IMG/VR virus record: IMGVR_UViG_3300035113_000077
Location: 34,651-98,650 of that record
Origin: a virus
Direction: 5' to 3' (one strand)
Length of the DNA stretch: 64,000 nt
Part shown: piece after piece, positions 1 to 10,012 of the stretch
Numbering within the stretch: the stretch's first letter is position 1
How the letters are laid out: every line of letters begins with the position of its first letter
Translations under genes and position numbers: made by a program
Notes under the pieces: generated by a model
Databases searched by the model: none
Seen by the model: only the letters and a program-made list of their open reading frames with translations
What the model was told of the DNA's origin: nothing

Positions 1-706
1 ATGTTGCACTATCTACACTCCACCAAGGAAATTCTAGCATTGAAGAAATATAAGTGAACGCGAACCCATGACAGTTAACTTTGTATTCTTCAGCAATTCT
101 AAATATCTTTTCAAAGAACTTTCTTTTAGGTAGAAATCCACGTCTCTTAGCTGGATAGGCGCCGATGCATATGAGTTTGTATCCTTCGTCGCAGTATCTT
201 TTGAAAAAATCTAAACTCATATCTCCATGATACACAGGTGCTGGTCTAATTCCTTTTTTCTCTAGGTACTTTTGCATATCCCAAATTATATCGCAATCTT
301 TTTTATAATCAAAATTGCAGTAGACATCCCAATGTTTACTATCGCTCTTTACAAAATCTATATACTGCTTTACTGTCTTATTCTTCTGTTCTTCGAATTC
401 TTGTTCTGTCAGAATCTTTTTATTTGCTGATAGTTTACCACCTTGCTTTCTTACAAACTGATAGAATGAGAATGCAGAACTATCCATAAATATTCCAACA
501 TTCTTAGCTATAGCTGCATCATACATTTCTCTTATTTTCTCTTGATAGTAAAATGCACCCGGGCAGACATATGCAAAATTTAAGCAACGATATTTTGTTC
601 CAGACCGTTTTATCCAGTCTAGCTCAAATTCGTAGTTCCGATTTTTATGTTCCTTGAGTACAGCACGAAATCCACTCAAGTACATTCTAGGCAATTTAAT
701 TTTCAT
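1..706 (-). CDS. dpdA: DpdA/TGT-like DNA 7-deazaguanine transglycosylase (3'-truncated by window edge; absent from ORF track)
   Basis: Manual translation from ATG at 706 (ATGA overlap with the upstream stop) is open to position 1: MKIKLPRMYLSG...IFMDSSAFS...PAPVYHG...LICIG...CHGFA...FPWWSVDSAT. These match the TGT/DpdA DSG[AG]F, PVxH, HGxG and SxDS motifs. QueC/D/E lie in the same window. Confidence 0.8.
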   Translation of the reverse strand, partial: MKIKLPRMYLSGFRAVLKEHKNRNYEFELDWIKRSGTKYRCLNFAYVCPGAFYYQEKIREMYDAAIAKNVGIFMDSSAFSFYQFVRKQGGKLSANKKILTEQEFEEQKNKTVKQYIDFVKSDSKHWDVYCNFDYKKDCDIIWDMQKYLEKKGIRPAPVYHGDMSLDFFKRYCDEGYKLICIGAYPAKRRGFLPKRKFFEKIFRIAEEYKVNCHGFAFTYISSMLEFPWWSVDSAT

Positions 707-961
707 GGTCTATCATGATCTCTAGCCACTTTTTGCCCAGTAAATACATTATGAGAATCTTTCATTTGTTGCATCATTGGATTTGTAAGATTTCTAATTT
801 TATTAAATAGATTGTTCCAAGTTTCAGCTTTGTAGGCCTTTGTAATATGCTGAACAATAGTACTTCCAACTTCATAACTACTTAAACAATTCAGTAATTC
901 TATTTCATCATTTTCTAGTTCTAATGATAAACTAAATTTTATTTCTTTTGCTTCTATTTTC
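703..961 (-). CDS. hypothetical protein (likely start MKIEAK, coupled to the thyX stop; start approximate)
   Basis: ORF 703..1035; internal ATG overlaps the end of thyX. Confidence 0.5.
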
Positions 962-1826
962 ATACTAACTCCGGATGGTTTGGTTTGAAATCTGTAACAT
1001 ATTCTTTTGGAAGTAAGTGACGATATGATCTCCACCCAATGTACTTAGCATATCGTTCATTATCACCCATTGCTTCACAAACATGTTCGAAAGGACTAGC
1101 GTGCATTGGAGTAGAATTAGCTAGACGTTCAAATAGTTTTACGTCTTCAGCAAAATCTCTTTTTCCTTCTTGAGTCAAGTAGGATGTTCTAGCACAGCGA
1201 CCAATTGAAATTCGTTGCCTAGTTAACCAAAGATCATGAACCATTCTTATTTGTAAATCTTCTTCCTGAGTAATATAAGGTGTATGCCAATCACCTTTAA
1301 CTAATTCTTTTGGAGTTGATTTGAAATAAGCAAGTTGAGCCATATAAGCTTGATCTGCAATTGCTTCTGCTGCATCAGGATGGCATCTAAGAGCAAAGTA
1401 ATTTGACCAAGCACCCCAGTCTCCAGTTACACAAACTGTAATCCACATCCAAGGTTCTACTAATCTATTCACCAATTGCTTATGAACATTTAGCCCATTT
1501 TTATCAGCTAAAAATTTAGCCCAACTAATAGCATTATCTCTTGCTTCTAACCAAATACCCTTAGCTTCTTCATAATCTTTTCCTTTCAAAATTTCTGAAT
1601 GTTGCATTCCCTTTTGATTTATTCCAAAAGTTCTAGGAATGTAAGGGTCAACAATTACTCGTTTCAACATTGTTTCAAAAGGAATAGCTCTACTACTAGA
1701 GGCGTTACGAGCAAACATACAATGAGTATTAAACTCTGCATGAATAATTCTAGGGTGGGTTAGTTGCATCGTAGTTAAACGATGTCCATTACAAATTGAA
1801 TCGGCAAGTATTTTAGCTTCGTACAT
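960..1826 (-). CDS. thyX: flavin-dependent thymidylate synthase (phage Thy1/ThyX type)
   Basis: HAEFNTH..FARNASSSRAIP, HKQLVNRLVEPW, LRCHPDA, RCARTSY and HASPFEH motifs; start moved to MYEAK after a purine-rich RBS. Confidence 0.9.
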   Translation of the reverse strand: MYEAKILADSICNGHRLTTMQLTHPRIIHAEFNTHCMFARNASSSRAIPFETMLKRVIVDPYIPRTFGINQKGMQHSEILKGKDYEEAKGIWLEARDNAISWAKFLADKNGLNVHKQLVNRLVEPWMWITVCVTGDWGAWSNYFALRCHPDAAEAIADQAYMAQLAYFKSTPKELVKGDWHTPYITQEEDLQIRMVHDLWLTRQRISIGRCARTSYLTQEGKRDFAEDVKLFERLANSTPMHASPFEHVCEAMGDNERYAKYIGWRSYRHLLPKEYVTDFKPNHPELV

Positions 1827-2139
1827 TTTGTTTTCTTCCTTCCAATCGTTCAATTCGTCTATTCAAATACCAAGCTGCTTTTTTCAAGTCTTCAATCGTT
1901 TTAACTTTTTGTTTCTTACCTGCTCTAGCAATATACTTCACTGCATTGCCAAGATTAAAATCAAAGTCTAATCCCCAAGCCTCCAAAACTTTTATAACTT
2001 CATAAGTAGTGTCGCCACCATAATGGTTAGGATGATTCACCCATTCTTTCCTCCTATTCTTTCTTGAATTGGATGTTACTGACTTTGATTGAACCATCTC
2101 TTTCTTCATAGTGCCATGTTCTGCCATAGTGCTCTCCAC
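1813..2139 (-). CDS. DUF3310 / T7 gp1.7-like protein (true start probably near 2040)
   Basis: VNHPNHY...FNLGNAVKYIARAGKK...EDLKKAAWYL signature. Confidence 0.8.
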   Translation of the reverse strand: MESTMAEHGTMKKEMVQSKSVTSNSRKNRRKEWVNHPNHYGGDTTYEVIKVLEAWGLDFDFNLGNAVKYIARAGKKQKVKTIEDLKKAAWYLNRRIERLEGRKQNVRS

Positions 2140-2302
2140 TCCTCAAAATTTTAATTAACCTCTGCTCACCAGTGCTACCAACTTTTCTACATAGCTTTTT
2201 AATTTTCTTAAATGTTGTGCCCACCATTGCCAGAGAAAATGCTTTATAGATCAATGAAGTAGAATGGGCCATTGGATTTCCGGGAAATCGTTTACGACGC
2301 AT
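2054..2302 (-). CDS. small basic hypothetical protein
   Basis: Coupled ORF, Lys/Arg-rich. Confidence 0.5.
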   Translation of the reverse strand: MRRKRFPGNPMAHSTSLIYKAFSLAMVGTTFKKIKKLCRKVGSTGEQRLIKILRSGEHYGRTWHYEERDGSIKVSNIQFKKE

Positions 2303-2534
2303 ACTTTTCGACCCTCACATATAATCTGCATATTTTTCTATCTTGGCATATTTTACTACACACTAAAGAATGTTTATCATACTGATCTATTTTTCCGAAA
2401 CAAACTGTTTTGTCTTTTTTGGCTTCATTATAACAACTACTACAAATACAAGTCGATGGAAAGAACTTCAAATCTTTAAAGTCTTGTTCAGAGAATTTCT
2501 CTTCACACAAAACACATTGGAAGACTTTAGTCAT
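2292..2534 (-). CDS. Cys-rich putative Zn-binding protein
   Basis: CVLC, CICSSC, CFGK..CSKIC..C. Confidence 0.55.
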   Translation of the reverse strand: MTKVFQCVLCEEKFSEQDFKDLKFFPSTCICSSCYNEAKKDKTVCFGKIDQYDKHSLVCSKICQDRKICRLYVRVEKYAS

Positions 2535-3079
2535 CTTCGTAACCAGGTATTAAAATTTACAACATCACATATTACATTTTTATGTACTTTAAATAACTTA
2601 GCTAATCTAGTTTGTGTATACTTTCCAGTAGCATATAGCTTTCTAATTAATTTAACTATTTTCCAAGTTAATTTTGCATTACCATTATTTTCACCAGTGT
2701 GATCTTTACCATACATCGGATTATTTTTACCACTTCTATTTGTAACTGTATTTCCAATTTTAACTCCATTTCTAACAGCATGTCGCATATTTTCACTACG
2801 ATTACACCACTCTAAATTCTTATAGTGGTTATCACTTTTAATTAAATTCTTGTGGTTAACATGTGGTCTTTTTCTTGTTTTTCCATCAACAAAAGTTACA
2901 GCTATTAACCTATGAACATATAATACTTTTCTTACGCCACCATCTGTTTTTGCAAGTACTTGTATATAACCAGTCTTAGTAACATACTGATTCTTTATAA
3001 CTTTGGTTACACTATTACGTATATACTTACCATTTTTAGTTGCCTCAACTTGATAGCCAGTAACTTTATACCATTTCAT
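2531..3079 (-). CDS. HNH homing endonuclease (paralog 1)
   Basis: YVHRLIA...VNHKNLIKSDNHYKNLEW, NUMOD-like NPMYGKDH, C-terminal HTH. Confidence 0.9.
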   Translation of the reverse strand: MKWYKVTGYQVEATKNGKYIRNSVTKVIKNQYVTKTGYIQVLAKTDGGVRKVLYVHRLIAVTFVDGKTRKRPHVNHKNLIKSDNHYKNLEWCNRSENMRHAVRNGVKIGNTVTNRSGKNNPMYGKDHTGENNGNAKLTWKIVKLIRKLYATGKYTQTRLAKLFKVHKNVICDVVNFNTWLRR

Positions 3080-3081
3080 GC

Positions 3082-3699
3082 TTATAACTCTACAAAATTA
3101 AATTCCGGTAGCCTACTTACAACATCATTTCTAATCTGTACACAATTCATTAGCTTTCGACAATCAGTTCTATCTAAGCCATACTTAGCTGCTAACTGTT
3201 TGAATTCTACTTTGTCCTTTCTAAATCTAACACTATGAGTATGTATCTTCGTGGCATCCATTTGCAGGAACCACCTTCTCATCGACTCTCTTAGATTGTC
3301 GCTAGCATCATTATATGCTTCAAGGAATGCCCTGCGTATATGTTCGCAGTCTTCAGCAGCTTCTTCCTCTTTTGAAACATCATGACCACCTAGCAACATG
3401 TCTTCTATCATTAGGTCATTAGCATCGAATCTCTTATTTGCATTTAATGTTTCAGCGCACCGATGATAGAAGTTTTCAAGCTTTGTCCACAGTATAGTTG
3501 TTAGCTTTCCTTTCTTTGGATCGAATCTTCCTTTTGCTAAAAACTTTGTTGTTACAAATATTCCATCTTGTATCATATCGCTAATTTCGATATAGCATCT
3601 AGTCTTTGGTGGTAATTTCTTCCATGACTCTATAGCCTTTTTTGCAATCAATCCTTTTACAGCATTTATATCACTATCAGTCACAAGTTTTACCTTCAT
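3082..3699 (-). CDS. sigma70 region-2-like transcription factor
   Basis: KLPP..YIEISDMIQDG...RFDPKKGKLTT resembles FliA/ECF region 2 (DLxQxG...FDPxxG..F.T). Confidence 0.55.
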   Translation of the reverse strand: MKVKLVTDSDINAVKGLIAKKAIESWKKLPPKTRCYIEISDMIQDGIFVTTKFLAKGRFDPKKGKLTTILWTKLENFYHRCAETLNANKRFDANDLMIEDMLLGGHDVSKEEEAAEDCEHIRRAFLEAYNDASDNLRESMRRWFLQMDATKIHTHSVRFRKDKVEFKQLAAKYGLDRTDCRKLMNCVQIRNDVVSRLPEFNFVEL

Positions 3700-3733
3700 T
3701 TCGTTTGCTACCTTTGTTACTAGATTTAATTAA

Positions 3734-3742
3734 ATTATACCA
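3734..3742 (-). promoter_or_regulatory. extended -10 promoter TGGTATAAT upstream of the sigma-like gene
   Basis: TGnTATAAT in the intergenic gap, about 35 nt before the ATG. Confidence 0.5.
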
Positions 3743-3801
3743 GTTATTATAAATGGTAGCCAAGTGATTGTCGAGTGTTATATTGTGGGATATTTTACAA
3801 T

Positions 3802-4761
3802 CTAGGGAAGTACGCATATTTCCTGCCTCCTATCAAATATCTCATCTAACTCAAATTTTACTAAGTATTCTAAAGTTTTCCGATAGTTGTATAAATTCCA
3901 GTTTTGTCTATTCAGTCCTTTTTCATCCAGTTCTCGCATAATGTCTCTTATGAGTCTATTTATTTCATTGGATAATCGAGGACTATCCACTTCAGTAATA
4001 ATCTTACACAGATGATAGTTCTCATGCACTTGATACCACAACGATGCAAATCTATCACTATGTAAATTAAATGGTTCTTTAGAATGCATGTGAAAGAACT
4101 TCAAGCTAGGGTCTAATCCAGACTTCAATAGCTTTACTGCTGTCTTAGCTCCAATGCCTTTTATTATGTTACTTATATTGTCGCTCTTATCTCCACAAAA
4201 GGCTCGCATCTTTCTATAGTCTTCTGGCTTAACTCCCCATCGTTTCTCTACATACTTAGGAGTTATAATTGTTCCTTTAACTCCACTTCTCCCCTGAGCA
4301 GCCCAAATCACAATCTTATCTGAAAGTAGTTGTTGAAAGTCTCTATCTCCACTATAAATGATTACTTGAGTTTCTTTATCTGCAATATAGGTAGCTAGTA
4401 TTCCGATCAAGTCATCAGCTTCCAGCTTAGGAACTTCAAAATTCCAAATTCCCATCGTTGTCCATAGTTCTTTGAAAATTGGAATCTGAGAATTTACTAT
4501 AGTTCTAATCTTGCTTAGATGAGCACGATTGCCTTTGTATTCTTTCTTTCTGCCTTTTGTTAGTTCATGTCTCCATGTTTTTCCTGCACCATCCCACACT
4601 ATAATCATTGGAATGTAGTTTAGTTTTCTTTGGAGACTTAGTAACATATTTGTGGCCCCAAATATAACTGATGTCGATTGTCCATGGCTAGACAAAGCAG
4701 AATGAGTGAAATGTGACCTATATGCTAAATTTCTGCCATCAACTAGAAGTACTTGTTTCAT
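3802..4761 (-). CDS. 5'-3' exonuclease / flap endonuclease (PolA N-terminal-like)
   Basis: LLVDG.NLAYRS, VWDG, YKGNR, EADDLIG, SGDRDFQQL, GDKSDNI..IKGIGAKTA. Confidence 0.95.
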   Translation of the reverse strand: MKQVLLVDGRNLAYRSHFTHSALSSHGQSTSVIFGATNMLLSLQRKLNYIPMIIVWDGAGKTWRHELTKGRKKEYKGNRAHLSKIRTIVNSQIPIFKELWTTMGIWNFEVPKLEADDLIGILATYIADKETQVIIYSGDRDFQQLLSDKIVIWAAQGRSGVKGTIITPKYVEKRWGVKPEDYRKMRAFCGDKSDNISNIIKGIGAKTAVKLLKSGLDPSLKFFHMHSKEPFNLHSDRFASLWYQVHENYHLCKIITEVDSPRLSNEINRLIRDIMRELDEKGLNRQNWNLYNYRKTLEYLVKFELDEIFDRRQEICVLP

Positions 4762-5131
4762 CTTGGTAACTTCGGATGTTCATTAAATTCAATAACTAAG
4801 TGTAAGTACTTTCCAATATTACTTCTTAATTCTTCCATCAAGTCATGGCCACCAATAATTAAGTCTTCATCTGTCCAAAGATATCCTGTTATATCGCTGT
4901 AGGCCATACAATATGTTACTTCACCCATTCCGTATAGTTCTTTCAAAAATTCTTCTTCTGGGTTTTCTACTGGTTCATCACTTATGTAATAATGTACTGA
5001 TAAATAATTTCCATTTTCTCTAATATCTGATTCTATAGTTTCAGCTAAGATTTCATCATTTAATTTCAAAACTTCTGTTTCAGTATTATTTCCTTCTACT
5101 AATATTCCTTTGTATATCTTTTCAACTGACA
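4758..5131 (-). CDS. acidic hypothetical protein
   Basis: Coupled ORF, likely start MSVEK. Confidence 0.6.
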
Positions 5132-6117
5132 TTCTGAACTCCACGATAATCTGTTGCCAACATCGACTTAATCTTTATTTCAATTGCCCAAGTGAATAAT
5201 TCTGCATGAGTAAATAGTCTAACAATATACTTTTTGCCATGATTTACATAAGCATTATTTATATCTTTAAACTTTGGATTCATAAAAGATACATAAACAT
5301 TAAACTCTGCTTCTTTCAATTTCTTCAAATCTTTCAATGCACCTTTTAGTCCAGGTCTGTCCATATCAGGCACACGAATTATTTTCTTATAGTGCTTCAA
5401 TAACTTTAGATCTTTATCTCTTAACACTCTACCCGGGATTCCAATTACATCTACTCCATATTGAGATAAAACTCTTTCACCAGATAGTTTATCAATAGCA
5501 CCTTCAACTAGCATTGCAACATCAGACTTTTTCTCAGGTACTCCATACAAAGTCTTTTTGCCCTTTGAATTCTTATAGCGCAGAAATTGCTTTCCTGTGA
5601 AATCTCTTCCAATGTATCCATAGAGCTTATCTTTACGAAAAATAGGTAGAATAATTCTATTGCTATATGGACCAGCAAGGCAGAAGCCAATCTGATATTT
5701 TTCAATTTGTCTATCACTTATTCCCCTATCCCTCAAGTAATGATAAGCTTTACGAAAGTCTTTATCTTTTTTCAGTGGCCATAATAGTTCAAATGATTTA
5801 GGTAGCTGACCATCGAATTCTTTCTTTTCTTCAATCCGAGAAGTTAGTTCTTCGATGTTTTCTTTTTCTATTTCTAATTTCTTAAGAACTTTATCTATAG
5901 TATCATGTCTAGATGCCCATGAGCAGTTAAAACAATAAGCAACATTCTTTTTTACATTGATTCCTAATCTAAATCTTGTATCTAATGTTTCACCTTGGTC
6001 AAAGCAAAATGGGCAACAGATATTAATTTCATTTGGTTTATCATCGCTAGCATGATTTTCAATTCCACGAATATCTAATAGCTCTTTGAAATTCATTCTT
6101 ATTGACCCATTACGCAA
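5122..6117 (-). CDS. DNA primase (Zn finger + TOPRIM)
   Basis: CPFC...CFNC, YLRDRGI, RIILPI, LVEGAID, PDMDRPG, KDIN. Confidence 0.92.
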   Translation of the reverse strand: MRNGSIRMNFKELLDIRGIENHASDDKPNEINICCPFCFDQGETLDTRFRLGINVKKNVAYCFNCSWASRHDTIDKVLKKLEIEKENIEELTSRIEEKKEFDGQLPKSFELLWPLKKDKDFRKAYHYLRDRGISDRQIEKYQIGFCLAGPYSNRIILPIFRKDKLYGYIGRDFTGKQFLRYKNSKGKKTLYGVPEKKSDVAMLVEGAIDKLSGERVLSQYGVDVIGIPGRVLRDKDLKLLKHYKKIIRVPDMDRPGLKGALKDLKKLKEAEFNVYVSFMNPKFKDINNAYVNHGKKYIVRLFTHAELFTWAIEIKIKSMLATDYRGVQNVS

Positions 6118-6524
6118 CCAGGGCTAATACCTACTGCTTCGCTCCAACAATATCCATCTTTATATTTTTTAATTCTAATAATATCATTTTCTTTTAGCAT
6201 TGAACAAACTTGAATATGGTCTCCCCACGCACGAAATGTCATTTGCATATTATCCACTTCAACATTAAATTGGCAACCTTCAATTTTATAAACTATAGTT
6301 GATTTGTCATTTTCTTTACCAGCAATTGCTCCAACAATGGCCCCCGTTTTTCCTGCTACTAACCCACCTACAATTGCACCCGGTATAGTATCATCTTCAT
6401 TATTCTTAGTTTCAGGTTGAAGTAATATTCTTACATCCGTAACTTTTGCTTTTAATTCAAGTGGTGGTTTATCTATTTCACATCCAATTACAAACAATAT
6501 AAATATTACAAAAATACTTTTCAT
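6099..6524 (-). CDS. lipoprotein with glycine zipper
   Basis: Signal peptide ending VIGC; GAIVGGLVAGKTGAIVGAIAG. Confidence 0.65.
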   Translation of the reverse strand: MKSIFVIFILFVIGCEIDKPPLELKAKVTDVRILLQPETKNNEDDTIPGAIVGGLVAGKTGAIVGAIAGKENDKSTIVYKIEGCQFNVEVDNMQMTFRAWGDHIQVCSMLKENDIIRIKKYKDGYCWSEAVGISPGCVMGQ

Positions 6525-6525
6525 A

Positions 6526-7893
6526 TTAGTCCTTTTCCTTCTTTGCTTTCTTAGCTTCTCTTCGATACTGTTTTAATGTTCTATCTCTGTCAAAGAACGT
6601 ACCGTGCTCGAAGTCACTAAAGATGTTCCATCCAATTTCAGACTTATCATTTTTGTTCTTGGTAACATATATGAATTTACTATCATCACCCCAATCACCT
6701 TTACCTACACCTATGCAACAAAAACTTTTCTTGATCTTACCATAATCTTCCCCGATCAATTCTTTGGTAATATATTTCTTACCTTCACCTTTTCTATTTG
6801 TCTGAGCAGCAATCCATCCAAGAAGATTCCTTCTTGCCATTAATCGTCTATAATCTTTATGGATATCAGATAGTTCCATTCTTCTACCGGCAGCATCCTT
6901 ACCATACTTAACTGCCGGTTCGATTTCTTCATCATAGTCTGTTAGAATGGCATCAGCAATGAATCCTTTATTTCTTTCTCTCTCCCAAATTTCTTCTATT
7001 CTAGCAACAGATACTCCACCTTCAGTTCCATCTATAATTTTTAATCTAGAATGAATTAGTAATTTTATCTTTCTAAACTTTCTTCTAAATTTCCTATTCT
7101 GATCACCAAGTTCTTTTGTAGCTATTCCAGTTAATAAGGCATCAAATCTATCTTCAGTAATTTCTCTATTATCTTCAAGAGTAATATAAATAACATTTAA
7201 GCCTTGTAGGATATAAGCAAATGCAATCCAAATCAATAAAAGTGATTTTCCATTTCCAGAAGGGGCTAAAGCAATTCCATATTGCTTTCTAGTAATAGCT
7301 CTAATACTTTCATCCCACGGATCAATTAGTAGTAGTGGATATCTAACAAATCGTTTCTGAGCTTCTCTACGTTTTATTCTATCTTCTGTATTGGTTAGGT
7401 AGTCAGTTGATTCATGCTTATTCTCACTGAAGCTCTCAACACCATTCATGCATATCTTGTACCACTGTTCGTCGGATAATTCACCTTTTTCCAATAGCTC
7501 AGCAGCACGTTCTACAGCTATTTTCTTCAGTCTATTCTTTTTGAATTTAATTACTTTTTCAGCTACTGAATCTACTGATATAATATCTCGTTTTGTATCG
7601 CTAACTTCCTTTACAATTTTGAGAAGCTTTTCAGTTTGCTTCTCACCCATTTTCTTTTCATCAGCATAGTCAATGATGAAAGTTCTAAGTAAAGGACCAA
7701 TTGGTTCTCTAGTCTTATTCCAATGTTCAAAAGCTAATTTCGCAATTGTATGATTTTCATAACCATCATCTTTACTTACTGGTTTAAAGTCATCAGCAGA
7801 TAAAAGGTATCCAGTATCACGTAAAAAATTTCTATCTCTACAAATGAAACTAAGTAATATCTTTTGAAACTCAATGTCTCTGATGATATTCAT
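6526..7893 (-). CDS. replicative DnaB/SF4-like helicase
   Basis: APSGNGKS Walker A, YITLE, LTDYD, AAQTNR, KNK; adjacent to primase. Confidence 0.88.
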   Translation of the reverse strand: MNIIRDIEFQKILLSFICRDRNFLRDTGYLLSADDFKPVSKDDGYENHTIAKLAFEHWNKTREPIGPLLRTFIIDYADEKKMGEKQTEKLLKIVKEVSDTKRDIISVDSVAEKVIKFKKNRLKKIAVERAAELLEKGELSDEQWYKICMNGVESFSENKHESTDYLTNTEDRIKRREAQKRFVRYPLLLIDPWDESIRAITRKQYGIALAPSGNGKSLLLIWIAFAYILQGLNVIYITLEDNREITEDRFDALLTGIATKELGDQNRKFRRKFRKIKLLIHSRLKIIDGTEGGVSVARIEEIWERERNKGFIADAILTDYDEEIEPAVKYGKDAAGRRMELSDIHKDYRRLMARRNLLGWIAAQTNRKGEGKKYITKELIGEDYGKIKKSFCCIGVGKGDWGDDSKFIYVTKNKNDKSEIGWNIFSDFEHGTFFDRDRTLKQYRREAKKAKKEKD

Positions 7894-7897
7894 TTAG

Positions 7898-8437
7898 CTA
7901 AAATTTCCCACTCTTATAAATCTTAGCTCCTTCAACACTAGGATCATTATTATATCTACCTTTATACAAATGTTCTTCACGAACTTCTTCATGTTGAAAG
8001 AAAACTACTTGACCAATTCTAATTCCTGGCTTCAAAATAATACGTGTGTAGTTTGTCATATTCTTAAGTTCCATTGTTAGAACACTATTATGCCATCCCG
8101 GGTCACACCACCCAGCCATCATATGACTAAGTCCACATCTACCAGCAGTACTTTTCATTTTAAATTCTGCACTAATATTTCTAGGAATGAAAAACATTTG
8201 CTCTGAACATCCTAAAATAAATTGACCAGGAGAAAGAACATAACCATTACTAATGTCCACTTTTTGCATTTCCATTCCAGTTTTATTTATTTCAATTGTT
8301 TTATCACAAATAGTTTCAGTAAATATTTCTTTTCCAAGAGTTATATCTATGCTAGCAGGATTCATTAAGTCCATTGTAACATTTGTAATAACTCCATTTT
8401 TAACTAGTTCTTCAAGTTTATGTCTGACTAATATCAT
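7898..8437 (-). CDS. dcd: dCTP deaminase (Dcd/dUTPase superfamily)
   Basis: NPASIDITLG, PGQFILG, KSTAGRCGL, DPGW...LTMEL, PGIRIGQ, YKGRY. Confidence 0.9.
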   Translation of the reverse strand: MILVRHKLEELVKNGVITNVTMDLMNPASIDITLGKEIFTETICDKTIEINKTGMEMQKVDISNGYVLSPGQFILGCSEQMFFIPRNISAEFKMKSTAGRCGLSHMMAGWCDPGWHNSVLTMELKNMTNYTRIILKPGIRIGQVVFFQHEEVREEHLYKGRYNNDPSVEGAKIYKSGKF

Positions 8438-8459
8438 TTATTTTCACCTTCATAAAAGA

Positions 8460-9074
8460 TTATACAGATTCGCGAAGTTGAACTATTTGGTCTAAAATAT
8501 CTTTCTTCAATTCTTTCATTGCTTCACTTTCAAATTGTTCGTTTGCCATAGTTGCTATTCCTTCTGATCTAGGTTTTATAACTGGTGGATTTCCTCTAAG
8601 TTTATATCTTAAGTCATTTGCAAAATTTTCACATTGCTTCTTCTTATTCCATCTTCTAACTAGCTTTATATACTGATCTTGAGTTGGCCTATAAATCCAT
8701 CCTTCACTTTTAGCTTTAATGAAGTTTCCAAATGATACTATATAGATTCCACGAAAGCCATGACTATTACCTAAATTTCTAGGTTGAACATCATTCCATT
8801 TAAGATTCTTTAACTCTTCTTCAGCTTCATTCAAAACTCCAAGGAATGTATTTCTTTCGATTGTAATTTTTCTTACTGTATTGTCGAATAGTTCATATTC
8901 TTGGTCTGGAGTAAAAGCCTTAGAGCTATTTTTTATTGTACGTGTCACAACATCATTGGCTAGTCTATTTATTTTCTCTTCTACTGATATGGATTGTTTC
9001 TGTACTGTTTGTTCCTTATTTCCTTCAACTGTTTCTGGTTTCTGCTGGATAAGTTCTTCTCTCTGCTCTTCCAT
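8460..9074 (-). CDS. hypothetical protein
   Basis: 204-aa ORF with RBS. Confidence 0.6.
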   Translation of the reverse strand: MEEQREELIQQKPETVEGNKEQTVQKQSISVEEKINRLANDVVTRTIKNSSKAFTPDQEYELFDNTVRKITIERNTFLGVLNEAEEELKNLKWNDVQPRNLGNSHGFRGIYIVSFGNFIKAKSEGWIYRPTQDQYIKLVRRWNKKKQCENFANDLRYKLRGNPPVIKPRSEGIATMANEQFESEAMKELKKDILDQIVQLRESV

Positions 9075-9577
9075 TTGATTTCCTTCTTATACTTACTAAT
9101 AAAATGCTGAGGATTATGTGCTTGCAGGATGCTGGTAAATCTAGCTTTCTTTCTTCGATCTTTTCTTGGTTGAATAAGACTTACAATTCGATCTTTTTCT
9201 GCCTGTTGCCAAGTTGACTTATTTTCACCATTGGGAAACTCTCTAAATATTCTTTCTCTAATTATTTCTTCTGACTTCCTACCCACTAGAGTTGCTACTC
9301 TACATCCTAAAGATGATTTAACTTTGAATCTACTAAATTGCTTTGACCAAATCTTTATAAGAAATTTAAGCATCCATCGAATACTAACTCTATACCTATC
9401 TCGCCAAGTATATAATGTCAATAACCTAAGCTCATCGTCGTGCTTTAAATTGTACAATCTACGATTGAAGTCTTCCTTTAATACTTCATTGATAATAACT
9501 CTAAGTCTAAATATTCTTTTCTGGAGTCTTAGCTTCTCTTGCTTGTAGAATCGTTTCTTAAGTTTCTTTTGATTCAT
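8981..9577 (-). CDS. very basic hypothetical protein
   Basis: 198-aa Arg/Lys-rich ORF, GGAG upstream. Confidence 0.55.
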   Translation of the reverse strand: MNQKKLKKRFYKQEKLRLQKRIFRLRVIINEVLKEDFNRRLYNLKHDDELRLLTLYTWRDRYRVSIRWMLKFLIKIWSKQFSRFKVKSSLGCRVATLVGRKSEEIIRERIFREFPNGENKSTWQQAEKDRIVSLIQPRKDRRKKARFTSILQAHNPQHFISKYKKEIKWKSREKNLSSRNQKQLKEIRNKQYRNNPYQ

Positions 9578-9616
9578 TTATCATATTTCTCCTCTGCGTT
9601 CTCCCGCGCCACGGTG

Positions 9617-10012
9617 TTACTTTGCTAATTTCAATCGTCTAATCTCTGATCCTAATTCCAAAGCATTAAATTCGGGCGGCGATAGCACTGCGATTACCAC
9701 ACCGTTCTTAGTAATGCTGAACACTTTTCCCATTTGTGCCTGAAGCAGAATGTCTCCGGGGGTGCGCCTGAAGTCCATAGCTGTTATCGTTTCTGTCTGG
9801 CCCGAGAGAGCAACACTTTTTGCCAACGTTTTACGTGTTCTCTGTTGTATAACGAGGGTTCGGTCAGATGTGAGCCTAATAACGCCATCTGCAAGCATCT
9901 TCAATAATTCAGTTTTCACGTCTCCATCTGCAATCCCTTGCCCTGACAGTTTCTCTAAGAGAGCCACTGGCTTTATTGGAACGCTAGCTAAAATTTCGTT
10001 GTGAATGCTCAT
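9617..10012 (-). CDS. putative DNA-binding protein with C-terminal Phd/YefM antitoxin-like domain
   Basis: GGAGG RBS before MSIHNE; TITAMDFRRTPGDILLQAQMGKVFSITKNGVVIAVLSP fits the Phd/YefM N-terminal pattern. Confidence 0.6.
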   Translation of the reverse strand: MSIHNEILASVPIKPVALLEKLSGQGIADGDVKTELLKMLADGVIRLTSDRTLVIQQRTRKTLAKSVALSGQTETITAMDFRRTPGDILLQAQMGKVFSITKNGVVIAVLSPPEFNALELGSEIRRLKLAK

